Virus record (IMG/VR): IMGVR_UViG_3300017565_000015
Location: 1 to 37,191 of that record
DNA length: 37,191 bases
DNA from: a virus
Taxonomy: Duplodnaviria; Caudoviricetes
Strand: one strand, 5' to 3'
This document shows, piece after piece, positions 1 through 9,474 of this stretch (position 1 is the first letter of the stretch; each line of letters starts with the position of its first letter). Under the pieces are notes generated by a model. The model was given only the letters and a program-made list of their open reading frames with translations, was not told the origin of the DNA and searched no databases. The position numbers and the translations under genes were made by a program.

Positions 1-123
1 ATCAAGGACAAGCGCATCGCCGAGGCGGACGTGAGCCGCTGGCGGTCTGAGATCGCGGCAGAGGTCCGGGGCGTCTTCGCCACGCCTGAGATGGAGAACG
101 CCGTGATCGACTCGGCCGTGCGC
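1..123. repeat. 123-bp end overlap, identical to 37069..37191 (circular contig)
   Basis: Bases 1-123 match the last 123 bases exactly, and the reading frame of the gene starting at 35557 continues across the junction. Confidence 0.95.
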
Positions 124-486
124 GTCCGGGCAGACGCTGACGTGCGCCGCGAAGGCCGTAGCATCCGAGGGGCCATCGAAACCGTGGCGGGCGGCATTGT
201 CGATTTCAACGGCGGCAAGATCCCCCTTCCGCTGGGCATGACCGAGAGCCAATTCGAACGCGGCCTGGTGGCGCTGACCCCGGAGAGCTTCACCGACCAG
301 GCGCCGGACGGGAATGTCTTCGTGGCAGGCAAGGCGGTGCCCGTGGCCGAATTCGTCAAGGGTCTGCCCAACGCGGTGCTGCGCCACGCTGGACAGGGCC
401 GCTACACCGTGTCGTCCGGTACGGGCGTCGTACTGAATCAGGCCGGCCAGCCGGTCATCGTGAGGGTGAGCAATGGCACTCGATGA
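1..486 (+). CDS. C-terminal part of an internal virion (ejection) protein that begins at 35557 and wraps the origin (about 665 aa in total)
   Basis: 37069-35557 = 1512, so position 1 is in frame; the frame stays open to the stop at 486. Confidence 0.8.
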   Translation: MKDKRIAEADVSRWRSEIAAEVRGVFATPEMENAVIDSAVRVRADADVRREGRSIRGAIETVAGGIVDFNGGKIPLPLGMTESQFERGLVALTPESFTDQAPDGNVFVAGKAVPVAEFVKGLPNAVLRHAGQGRYTVSSGTGVVLNQAGQPVIVRVSNGTR

Positions 487-2392
487 TGCCTACCAGGGCG
501 AGATAAACGAAGCGCTGCGCAATCGCGCGCAGCTCGCGCCGATAGCGCCAGGCCCCGAGCGGGGCTTTAGCTTTTGGGGGCTGCTGAAGGCGGCGCCGTC
601 TGGCATTGCTGCTGGCGGCCTAGAAGCCGGTGCGTTCTGGTCGGATGTCGTCGGCGCGTTCGGTGACGTGCAGGCGTCCTACAACTATTCCGGCATGCTG
701 CCCGTGGGCGTCGAAACCGGGCAGGAATGGCGCGAAGAAGACCAGAAAGAAGCCCAGCGCCGTCTGCGAACCGGCGAGGCATTCAGCAGCGCCGCAGGCG
801 ATAGCATTCGGGACGCGGCGCGCTGGCTGGGCCCGAATCCACAGACGGCCAGCACTGCCGAGCAAATGGTGTTTGGCTTTACCAAGACGATCACCAAGGC
901 GGTCGGCTACACGGTGGCCACCGGCAACCCGCTGACGGGCGCGGCGCTGACCGGCGCAGACGAGGGCGTGACCGCCTCCGACGAGCTGCGTCGACAGGGT
1001 GTCGACCTTGCAACCCGGGCGAGCGTGGGCGCCGTCACCGGCGTGACCACTGGCGTCGGCGTTGTGCTGCCCGTGGCAGGCAAGACGCTGGCGGGCACGT
1101 TGGGCTATGCCGCAGGCGGCGGCCCGGGCCTGTTCATCGCCCAGCAGCAGATGACGCGCGACATCCTGAGCAACGCCGACTACAGCAACCTGGCCGACCA
1201 GTACGACCCGTTTGACCCGGTTGGCCTGGCGGTTTCCACCCTGGTGCCGGCGGCGTTCGGCGCTTGGGCGCTGCGCGGCAGGACGCGCGCGGCCGCCCGG
1301 GAAGGCCAGGCTGCGCCCGAGGCGGCCAAGGCGGCAGAAGGCGTAGAAGCGCCGCGCGGCCCTGTGCAGCAAGAACTGGTCGACGCGGCGCGCGTGCAGC
1401 GCGTGCGCGAGGTGGTCGATTCCTGGAACCTGGGCGACGCAAGCGACGTGCGCGCCGCCAATGACGCCATGATGTCGGTCATGCGCGCCTCGTCGCAGAT
1501 GGCTGACGGCCTGTCGGTCTACGTGGCGGACCAGTTCCCGATGAAGGATGCCTACGCGGCGCGCGCCCTGGAAACGATGGTTTCCCGGTCAGAAGCCGCG
1601 CGGGCGGAACTGCTGCCGCAGGCCGAGGCACTGGCCGACCCGGGCGCCATCCGGGCGCTGCGCACCGAGATCCAGGATCTGGCCCAGGCGCGACGCGCTG
1701 CGGGCGACGATGTGGAGCTGCGCGCGCTGGCTGCCCAGATCCGCGCCAATGAGCCGCGCACCGGCGCGCGGGCGGCACTGAACCGTGCGCGGCAGGAACT
1801 GGACGCCCGGGCGCAAGACGCTGACGCGCGCATCGCCGCGCTGGAAGCCCAGATCGAAAGCAACGCCGACGCCATGGCCGCGCGCCAAGCGCTGGCCGTG
1901 CTGGACGATCGCATCGAGCAGATGAAAGCGGAACGCGCCGCTATTGACGCGCCCGCTTCGCCCATGACGCCGGTTGCCGCCGGTGTGCGCCAGGCAAGCC
2001 GTGCGGCTGAATCCCCGTTCCAGATCCCGGAGCGCGGCCGGCAACCGGCCACCGCGCGCGCCGAGTCCGCCGGCACGCTGCCGGGCGGCCAGGAGTTCGC
2101 ATCCGGCACCGACCTGGTAACGCCGACCGCTTCCCGCGCCGACGTCGATCCCATCGCACCGCCGGCCAAGCTGCCCACCACCACGGCGCAAGCCACCAGC
2201 GACGCCTATGTCACGACGCGCCTGGCGGAAATCGAAGCTGCCCAGCCGGACCTGCCGGTGCGCATGGACGGCGACGCGGAAGACATTCCGCTCTCCGAGG
2301 CAATCCGCCGCCTGAACGAACAACTGGCCAGGGACGACGCCGACACCGACCTGCTGGCCGTGGCCGCCAACTGCTTCATCAGCGCGGCATAA
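473..2392 (+). CDS. Putative internal virion/ejection protein (639 aa)
   Basis: Long Ala/Gly-rich ORF with hydrophobic stretches and coiled-coil, in the podophage core-protein position. Confidence 0.65.
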   Translation: MALDDAYQGEINEALRNRAQLAPIAPGPERGFSFWGLLKAAPSGIAAGGLEAGAFWSDVVGAFGDVQASYNYSGMLPVGVETGQEWREEDQKEAQRRLRTGEAFSSAAGDSIRDAARWLGPNPQTASTAEQMVFGFTKTITKAVGYTVATGNPLTGAALTGADEGVTASDELRRQGVDLATRASVGAVTGVTTGVGVVLPVAGKTLAGTLGYAAGGGPGLFIAQQQMTRDILSNADYSNLADQYDPFDPVGLAVSTLVPAAFGAWALRGRTRAAAREGQAAPEAAKAAEGVEAPRGPVQQELVDAARVQRVREVVDSWNLGDASDVRAANDAMMSVMRASSQMADGLSVYVADQFPMKDAYAARALETMVSRSEAARAELLPQAEALADPGAIRALRTEIQDLAQARRAAGDDVELRALAAQIRANEPRTGARAALNRARQELDARAQDADARIAALEAQIESNADAMAARQALAVLDDRIEQMKAERAAIDAPASPMTPVAAGVRQASRAAESPFQIPERGRQPATARAESAGTLPGGQEFASGTDLVTPTASRADVDPIAPPAKLPTTTAQATSDAYVTTRLAEIEAAQPDLPVRMDGDAEDIPLSEAIRRLNEQLARDDADTDLLAVAANCFISAA

Positions 2393-2401
2393 GGAAACGA
2401 C

Positions 2402-4882
2402 ATGCTGAAAAAATGTATCGACCAGGTGAATGCGGCTGCCGGCCGCACCCTCAGCCAGTCCGAAATCAAAGCGATCGATGACCGAATCACCGGCACGGCG
2501 CAGGCGCTTGCCCGGCAAGACCGCGCCGCCTGGCTGGCGCTCACGCCCGCCCAGCGCACCCTGGCCGCCGCCGAGCGCGCCATGCAGGACGCCCGCGCCG
2601 AAGCCCGCCTAAAGTTGCAGCGCCAGCAGCTCCAGCTGGTCAAGCGCGCCGACGTCGATGCCGAGATTGCCGGCATCCAGGATCTGTTCGGGGACAGCCG
2701 GTCCCGCGCGCTGGTGCGGCACATGGAACAGACGGACGCCTACATCAAGGGCGTCAAGGATCAATACTGGGCGCAGCTGCGCAGCCTGTTCGACGCCGCG
2801 GCATCTGCCGATGGCGTGTCAGCGGGGCGGCGCGCGCTGCAGTTCCTGTTCGACGTCGAAAACCCGCAGATGACGCGTGACCTGGCCGTCGAGGTGTTCG
2901 CGCGTGGCGAGGGCGGCACGGGCAACCGGCTGGCGGTGGAAGCGGCCAAGGCCTGGGGCACGACGGTCGAGACGATGCGCCAGCGATTCAACAACGCGGG
3001 CGGCGACGTGGGCCGGCTGGAATACGGCTACCTTCCCCAGGGCAGCGATCAGGGCCGGGTGCTGGCTGCCGGGCAGGACGCCTGGGTGCAGCAGACGCTG
3101 CCGAAGCTGGACCGAAACCGCTATGTGCGGCCGGACGGTCGCTTGATGGACGATGCGGAAATGACGGCGTTCCTGCGCGCCACCTGGGAAACCTTGTCTT
3201 CGGGCGGGCTGAATAAGCTCGAGCCGGGCGGGTTCCGTGGCACCGGCGCCCGCGCCAACCGCGGCAGCCAGACCCGGCAGCTCCACTGGCGCGACGGCCA
3301 GGCCTACATCGAATACATGGGCGAATTCGGCCAGGGCAGCATGTACGACGCCATGAACGGGCATATCTCCGGGCTGGCGCGCGATATCGCGCTGGTCGAG
3401 CGCTACGGCCCGAACCCGGCGCACCAGTTCCGCGTGCAGGCCGATATCGCCGAGAAGCAGGACGGCGGCGTCAAGCGCTCATTCATCAACCAGCCAGAGG
3501 CCTATTTCGACGTGCTGACTGGCAACGCAGGCGCGGTGCAGAACGCCAACCTGGCGCGCGTCGCGGCGGACCTGCGAAACCTGAATGTCGCCTCCAAGCT
3601 TGGCCGCGCGGTCTGGGCGTCCCTGTCCGACATCCCAACCTACCTGGTGACGGCCGGCTACAACAAGCTGCCCTACTGGCAGGCGCTCAAGAACATCGGC
3701 GGCCAGTTCAGCGGCGAGACGCGGGAATTCCTGAACGCGCACGGCCTGATCGCTGAATCCCTGGTGTCCGACCTGAACCGATTTTCGGGCGACCACATCC
3801 GCAACAACTGGTCCGGCAAGGTCGCCAACAGCGTCATGAAGCTGTCGCTCATGAACGCCTGGACCGACAGCATGCGCCGGGCGTTCCAGATGACCATGAT
3901 GGGCGGTCTGGGCAAGATGGCCGGCAAGGAATGGGGCGCGCTGACCGAATGGGACCGTTCGCACCTGGCGCGCAAGGGCATCACTGAAGACGATTGGGCG
4001 GTCATCAGCAAGGTGCAGCCGACCGAATACCGCGGGCAGCAATACCTGACGCCCGAGGCGATCATGGCCACGGGCGCCGACAATGCGCCTCAGCTGGTGT
4101 CCAAGGTGCTGGGCCTGATCCGGGACGAATCGGAATACGCGGTCATCAATCCTGACCTGGCCACCCGCGCGGCGCAGACCTGGGGTGGCCAGCAGGCGGG
4201 CACGATCGGCGGCGAGCTCGCCCGGTCCGTCATGCAGTTCAAGAGCTTTCCCATGGCCATGATTTCCCGGCACTACCGCCGGATGCTCGACGCGCCGCGC
4301 GGGCTGGATGGCGCGCCGGTGGCCGCCAACCGACTGGCCTATGGCACAGCCGTCATGCTGGGCACCACCATCGCCGGCGGCATCGCCTTCCAGATCAAGG
4401 AAATGCTGTCTGGCCGCGACCCGCTGGCAGTGAACAGCGGCCGCTTCTGGTCCGAGGCGCTGCTGCAGGGCGGCGGCCTTTCCATCGTGGGCGACATGCT
4501 CTTCCAGGATCCGCGCGAAACCCCGGGCGGATTTGCCGCATCGGTGGGCGGTACGGTGCTGGGCCCGTCTGCTGGCACCCTGTTCGATGTGGTGGGCCTG
4601 GGCGTCGAGAACGCATGGCGCGCGGCCAGCGGCGACGACCTGAACCTGGGAGCAGGCGCGGCGCGCACGATCCGCGGCACGCTGCCGTATCAGAACCTGT
4701 GGTGGCTGTCCGGCGCCATTGACCACACCTTCTTTCACGCCTTGCAAGAAAACCTCAGCCCGGGATACTTGAGCCGTGTGGAACGCCGCGCCGCTCGCCA
4801 GCACGATCAGGACTACTGGTGGCAGCTCGGCCCGGGCTTGCCGGAGCGCGGCCCCGACCTTTCCCGTGCCTGGAGCCGATGA
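2402..4882 (+). CDS. Large internal virion/ejection protein (826 aa)
   Basis: AAGGA RBS; helical protein with GYLPQ and QFKSFP motifs and a hydrophobic C-terminus, typical of podophage DNA-ejection proteins. Confidence 0.7.
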   Translation: MLKKCIDQVNAAAGRTLSQSEIKAIDDRITGTAQALARQDRAAWLALTPAQRTLAAAERAMQDARAEARLKLQRQQLQLVKRADVDAEIAGIQDLFGDSRSRALVRHMEQTDAYIKGVKDQYWAQLRSLFDAAASADGVSAGRRALQFLFDVENPQMTRDLAVEVFARGEGGTGNRLAVEAAKAWGTTVETMRQRFNNAGGDVGRLEYGYLPQGSDQGRVLAAGQDAWVQQTLPKLDRNRYVRPDGRLMDDAEMTAFLRATWETLSSGGLNKLEPGGFRGTGARANRGSQTRQLHWRDGQAYIEYMGEFGQGSMYDAMNGHISGLARDIALVERYGPNPAHQFRVQADIAEKQDGGVKRSFINQPEAYFDVLTGNAGAVQNANLARVAADLRNLNVASKLGRAVWASLSDIPTYLVTAGYNKLPYWQALKNIGGQFSGETREFLNAHGLIAESLVSDLNRFSGDHIRNNWSGKVANSVMKLSLMNAWTDSMRRAFQMTMMGGLGKMAGKEWGALTEWDRSHLARKGITEDDWAVISKVQPTEYRGQQYLTPEAIMATGADNAPQLVSKVLGLIRDESEYAVINPDLATRAAQTWGGQQAGTIGGELARSVMQFKSFPMAMISRHYRRMLDAPRGLDGAPVAANRLAYGTAVMLGTTIAGGIAFQIKEMLSGRDPLAVNSGRFWSEALLQGGGLSIVGDMLFQDPRETPGGFAASVGGTVLGPSAGTLFDVVGLGVENAWRAASGDDLNLGAGAARTIRGTLPYQNLWWLSGAIDHTFFHALQENLSPGYLSRVERRAARQHDQDYWWQLGPGLPERGPDLSRAWSR

Positions 4883-5244
4883 TGCGCCAAGACCAATTTG
4901 AACGCCTGACCGAATACGCCGAGAAGCTGATCGACGTGCTGGTCGATGAGATGAACCCGGACAACTGGCCCGGGCATGGCGTCGCCCCGAACATGATGGA
5001 CGCCCAGACGCGCGGGGATCGGTTCTGGGCGAAGAAGAACCCCATCGCCACTGTCACGCTGGCCATGAAGCTGAACAGCCTGATCGACTTGTCTCGGCGC
5101 CAGACGGCGGGCGACGGCGGCGCGGCGGCGGTGGACGATCACCCCGAGGCCGACGACGGGCTGGAAGGCGAGGTCAAGCGGGCAGAGAAGGAGGCGGCCA
5201 AGTTCCTGGAGAAGGTCCAGAAGGCGGCCGGCGCCACGCGATGA
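4879..5244 (+). CDS. terS: Putative terminase small subunit
   Basis: About 121 aa, GGAG RBS, ATGA-coupled to terL. Confidence 0.6.
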   Translation: MMRQDQFERLTEYAEKLIDVLVDEMNPDNWPGHGVAPNMMDAQTRGDRFWAKKNPIATVTLAMKLNSLIDLSRRQTAGDGGAAAVDDHPEADDGLEGEVKRAEKEAAKFLEKVQKAAGATR

Positions 5245-6896
5245 AGCGCAAGATTTCCTTCCTGGCCTTCTTCCTGATGTGGGCGAAGGTGCAGGGCTGG
5301 ACCGTCCCGGACCTGCACGTCCGCATCTGCCACTGGCTGGACACCTGCCGGGAGCCGGTGCGAGTCCTGCAGGTGTTCCGCGGGGCGGCGAAGTCCACGA
5401 TTTACGCTGTCTACAAGGCCTGGCAGCTGTACTGCGATGGCACCTGGGTGTCGCTCATCTGGGCGGCTGACGGACAACTGGCCAAGAAGCTTACGCGCGA
5501 CAGCATCAACGTGCTGCGCCGGCACCCGCTCTGCGGCGGCATGCTCCCCACCAAGCCAGGCTCTCAGATGTTCTGGGTGTCCGGGTCGAACGACCCGCGA
5601 AACGCCAGCATGACCGCAGTGGGCGTGAATCAGAACGTTGTCAGCGCCCGCGCGCGCGACATCGATTACGACGACGTGGAGGTGCCGAAGAACATCAAGA
5701 CGGCGGATGCCCGCGAGAACCTGCGCGCCAAGATCCAGGAGGCGACTTTCATCCTGGTGCCCGGCGGCCAGGAAACCTACATCGGCACGCCGCACACGCA
5801 CGATTCCATCTACCCGGAAATGATCGCCAGCGGCGCCGCGTCGCTGACCATCCCGCTGTTGGAAGACCAGATCCGGTACGAGGACACCACCAAGCGCACC
5901 CGCTACCCGGTGCCATTCAAGCCGGCGGCGGACGGGCTGTACGTCATGCTCGGCATCTACAAGCATGCGCGGCTGCTGGTGGAAGGGCGGGACTACCGCT
6001 ACGAGCGCGGCGAGGTCGTATTCGCCAAGCCGCCGGGCGGCGCCGTGCTGGATATCTACGCGCGCTGCGCATGGCCGGAACGCTTCACGCGCGCGGAAAT
6101 CGAGATTCGGCGCAAGAAGACCCGGACCCTGAACTACTGGGACTCGCAGTACCAGCTGCAGGCCAAGCCCATCAAGGAGTCGCGATTGGACCCGGAAAAG
6201 ATCAAGCCCTATGCCGTGCACCCGCGCGTCGAGCTCGCCAACCGGGCGGTGCGCATGATGCTGGGCAATGTCCAGATCGTCAGCGCGCGCGCCTATTGGG
6301 ACTGCGCGCTCGGCAAGATCCGCGGCGACGTGTCGGCTTTCTCCCTGGTGCTGGATGATGCGGCGGGGAATATTTACTGGCACGTCGCCGAGGCCATGAT
6401 GGGCGAGTTCGCCGAGTTCTCCGACGCGCGCAACGCCAAGATCATCGGCGGCCAGGTCATGCAGGCCTGCGCCCTGATCGAGCGCTTCAACATCCCCAAC
6501 GTCTATGTCGAGACGAACGGCAACGGCGCCTTCGTCCCCCAGCTCCTGCGCCAGGCGCTCAAACAGCAGGGACTGCGCTGCGGCGTTACCGATATCCAGG
6601 TGGGGCAGAACAAGAACGCCCGCATCCTTGACGGCCTCGAACCGCCCATGAAATCCGGCGTCATGTGGGCGCACGTCGATGTCCTGGACGGCCCGATGTG
6701 GGACCAGATGAAGGACTGGAACCCAGAGGTTAAAGACCAGCCAGACGACTACCTGGACAGCGGCGCTGGCGCAATCCTCCAGGCACCCGTCCGCATCGGC
6801 CGGATGGTCCGGGAAAAAGTCGGGATTCCGACCGGCCATGGGCGGGAAGATTGGCGCCCAACAGGGGGTGTCCACGAGGTCACCCTAGAAACCTAG
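5241..6896 (+). CDS. terL: Terminase large subunit (T7 gp19-like)
   Basis: Walker A VFRGAAKST, Walker B DIDYDDVE, motif III IGTPH, nuclease YWD...VETNG...DDYLD. Confidence 0.92.
   Translation: MKRKISFLAFFLMWAKVQGWTVPDLHVRICHWLDTCREPVRVLQVFRGAAKSTIYAVYKAWQLYCDGTWVSLIWAADGQLAKKLTRDSINVLRRHPLCGGMLPTKPGSQMFWVSGSNDPRNASMTAVGVNQNVVSARARDIDYDDVEVPKNIKTADARENLRAKIQEATFILVPGGQETYIGTPHTHDSIYPEMIASGAASLTIPLLEDQIRYEDTTKRTRYPVPFKPAADGLYVMLGIYKHARLLVEGRDYRYERGEVVFAKPPGGAVLDIYARCAWPERFTRAEIEIRRKKTRTLNYWDSQYQLQAKPIKESRLDPEKIKPYAVHPRVELANRAVRMMLGNVQIVSARAYWDCALGKIRGDVSAFSLVLDDAAGNIYWHVAEAMMGEFAEFSDARNAKIIGGQVMQACALIERFNIPNVYVETNGNGAFVPQLLRQALKQQGLRCGVTDIQVGQNKNARILDGLEPPMKSGVMWAHVDVLDGPMWDQMKDWNPEVKDQPDDYLDSGAGAILQAPVRIGRMVREKVGIPTGHGREDWRPTGGVHEVTLET
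6814..6851 (+). promoter_or_regulatory. Putative activator-dependent late promoter (copy inside the terL 3' end)
   Basis: AAAAAGTCGGGATTCCGAC + 13 nt + GAAGAT; identical 19-mer at 26766 and 30271. Confidence 0.7.
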
Positions 6897-6934
6897 CCGC
6901 CGGCGGGCCCGGCGCATCCGCCGGAGCCGCTACC

Positions 6935-8920
6935 GTGACCGTCCCCCAGCAGCCAACCCGCACCACTCACGTCGGAAATGGCGTCACCGCGCTCTTTGCC
7001 TACGACTTCCTGTGCCTGGCCACGCGCGACCTGCAAGTAATCGTGAATGGTGTCGAAGTCGCCTCATCCCAATACACCGTTTCGAACATCGGCCAGGCGA
7101 GCGGCGGCGACGTCACCTTCATTACGCCGCCCGCCAATCTGGCGCAGATTGTCATCCAGCTTGATGTAGTGCTGGACCGACAAACCGACTACCAGACGAA
7201 TGGCGACCTGTTCGCCCGAAGCATCAACCTTGACTTTGATCGCATCTGGCTTGCCATCCAGCAGGCGTTCGGATACCTGAACCGTGTCCCCCGCCTGGGC
7301 GATGCCGACGTGGACGGGCAGGGCGCCTACTTGGCCCGGCAGAACAGAATCAAAGACCTGGCGGACCCGATAGACGCCCAGGACGCAACCAATCGCCAAT
7401 GGGTTCTCCAGCAGCTCGCTGACTTGTCGGTTGATGGAAGCGGGCAGTTTGTCTTGGATATGCTGGCCGACGGCACCAGCACTGATCTGGGCACCGCGCT
7501 CATCTCAGGGGCGGGCCGCACCGTCGATACGATTGCCGACGTGCGCAAGCAGCGCGGATCGAAAAACCGGTATGTGATCGCTGCAGGCTACTACGCGCGC
7601 GGCGACATGCCTCCTGCCCTGTACCTCTACGACTCCAGCGACACGACGAGCGCGGACAACGGCGGCACAGTTCTGGTCAGTCAGTACGGCGATCGGTACA
7701 AGCTCGCGACCGGCAACGTCGTCCGGGCTCAGAATTTCGGGGTCATGGGCGATGGCGTACGGGACAACGCGGCGCGGTTGGCCGTGCTGCGCACGTGGGC
7801 CGCCCAAAAGTACGCCGCTGGATTCGGGGTCAGTATTCGTTTTCCTGCGGGACACTACGCCTATTCGCAAGGCCAAAACTGGGCAATTCCCGGCCTCCAA
7901 CTCATCGCCGAAGGCTCGGTCTGGCTCATCAACACGGGCCCCGACATTTCGTTCTTGTGCGACGGCTCATATATCGGTGGCGGCGTTCGCGGCATGTCCA
8001 TCCAAGGGGATTTCCGGGTTTATCCCAACGCGAACAGCACGATCGGCGTGTATATCAAGGCAGTGCATGTTTCGGATATTCAGATCACGTCCAAAGGAGC
8101 TGGCGCCACCTACGCCGCGATCTACATCGAAGCGTGCGTGTGTACCGTTTTCCGCATTCGCGCGTCCAGCAACGACGGTGGTTGGTACAACACGCCGGCG
8201 CGCTGTCTGCACCTGACGCAAAGCGGGCCGAACGGGGAGACGAGCTACTGCACGTTCATCAACCCGGTTCTGGAAGGGTCACCCGTTGGCGCGCTGCTGG
8301 ATGGGACCCTGGGCAATACCTTCATCGGCGGAACGATCGAGGCGACCGGGGATACCGGGCTGATTCTGACCGGCAACGCCAAGCAGAACAAATTTATATC
8401 CATCGATTTCGAAGAAAACTTCAACTTCGATATTTTCTGCCAAGGCAACCATAACGAGTTTTTGAACTGCGACACGCTCAAGAAAGTCGTTATCTCGGGC
8501 GGCAGCGACAACATCATCCACGGCGGGCTCCACCAGTTGATCGAGATTCAGGCAGCGTCGCAGCGCAACCTGATTTCGACCCTGAAATACAACCGGGCCA
8601 GCGGCAACGCGTACCCCGTGGACAACGGCACCCGCACCCGTTTCCGCGACCTAACCAACATGGGTACGGGTCGCCAGCACAATGCCCCGCCCACGGTCAC
8701 GCAGATTACGGTAGGGGCGTCTCCCTTCCTCTACACCAACAACACTGGCAACGACGTAAGCGTCCATGTGATTCCGGGGACCATGACCGGGGTGTCCATC
8801 GTGCGAGCGGGCCAGTTCCTGCCCACGTCGACGTCCTACGGCAATTACCAGTTGTCGCCTGGTGACGGCATCCAGATCGAATACAGCGCCGTTCCGGCCG
8901 TGTTCGTCATGCCGCGATAA
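6935..8920 (+). CDS. Tailspike/tail fibre: T7 gp17-like N-terminal adaptor plus pectate-lyase-like beta-helix
   Basis: GTG start with GGAG RBS; N-terminal GNG..F.Y.F and DFDRIWLAIQQ; RIKDLADPIDAQDATN; FGVMGDGVRDN beta-helix entry motif. Confidence 0.85.
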   Translation: MTVPQQPTRTTHVGNGVTALFAYDFLCLATRDLQVIVNGVEVASSQYTVSNIGQASGGDVTFITPPANLAQIVIQLDVVLDRQTDYQTNGDLFARSINLDFDRIWLAIQQAFGYLNRVPRLGDADVDGQGAYLARQNRIKDLADPIDAQDATNRQWVLQQLADLSVDGSGQFVLDMLADGTSTDLGTALISGAGRTVDTIADVRKQRGSKNRYVIAAGYYARGDMPPALYLYDSSDTTSADNGGTVLVSQYGDRYKLATGNVVRAQNFGVMGDGVRDNAARLAVLRTWAAQKYAAGFGVSIRFPAGHYAYSQGQNWAIPGLQLIAEGSVWLINTGPDISFLCDGSYIGGGVRGMSIQGDFRVYPNANSTIGVYIKAVHVSDIQITSKGAGATYAAIYIEACVCTVFRIRASSNDGGWYNTPARCLHLTQSGPNGETSYCTFINPVLEGSPVGALLDGTLGNTFIGGTIEATGDTGLILTGNAKQNKFISIDFEENFNFDIFCQGNHNEFLNCDTLKKVVISGGSDNIIHGGLHQLIEIQAASQRNLISTLKYNRASGNAYPVDNGTRTRFRDLTNMGTGRQHNAPPTVTQITVGASPFLYTNNTGNDVSVHVIPGTMTGVSIVRAGQFLPTSTSYGNYQLSPGDGIQIEYSAVPAVFVMPR

Positions 8921-8986
8921 CCGGAAAGCTGTCCTTGTCCGGGCGGGCTCTGAAGGCCGGGACGTTAGAAACACAAAGGGGGAATT

Positions 8987-9472
8987 GTGGCAAGAATCAG
9001 TGAGGCAGAAGCGGGCGGTCGAAACGTCGTGGCCCTTCTTGACACGCTTGCCGTGTCGGAAGGAACCGACGACGGCCGGCAGCCGACGATGGACGATGGC
9101 TACGACGTGCTGGTGGGTGGAAGGCTTTTCACGAGCTACGACGACCATCCCAATGTGCTGGTGCGATTGAATCCGTCGCTCTCGTCTACGGCCGCGGGGC
9201 GCTACCAGATCCTGTACCGCTACTGGCTTCATTACAAGGCGCTGCTGAATCTCCCTGACTTCGGGCCGCTGTCCCAGGACCGGTATGCCATACAGCAACT
9301 CAAGGAGCGGCGCGCTATCGCTGACATCCAGGCAGGGCGGTTCGATGAGGCCGTGGCCAAGGTGCGCAACATCTGGGCCAGCCTGCCGGGCGCCGGCTAT
9401 GGTCAGCATGAGCAGAAGATCGAGCGGCTGCGCGATGCCTACGTGCGCGCGGGCGGAACGCTCGCGGGGTAG
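8987..9472 (+). CDS. Endolysin, lambda R-like lytic transglycosylase
   Basis: SEGT catalytic Glu, STAAGRYQ, DFGPLSQD, IWASLPGAGYGQ. Confidence 0.93.
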   Translation: MARISEAEAGGRNVVALLDTLAVSEGTDDGRQPTMDDGYDVLVGGRLFTSYDDHPNVLVRLNPSLSSTAAGRYQILYRYWLHYKALLNLPDFGPLSQDRYAIQQLKERRAIADIQAGRFDEAVAKVRNIWASLPGAGYGQHEQKIERLRDAYVRAGGTLAG

Positions 9473-9474
9473 CG

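Noticed and set aside
1-123. True T7-like direct terminal repeat
   Set aside because: It falls in the middle of a coding gene and is best explained as an assembly circularisation overlap
3479-6875. Long antisense ORFs (e.g. 3479-4804, 5139-6875; also 27595-29064, 28803-30422, 32827-34422)
   Set aside because: Shadow ORFs expected opposite high-GC3 genes; no motifs or RBS
6851-6934. Longer N-termini in the ORF track (tailspike 6851; also int 12241, recT 19470, recE 20357, cI 22399, MTase 15820)
   Set aside because: They overlap neighbouring genes or regulatory DNA; downstream starts have an RBS, coupling or family-typical N-termini
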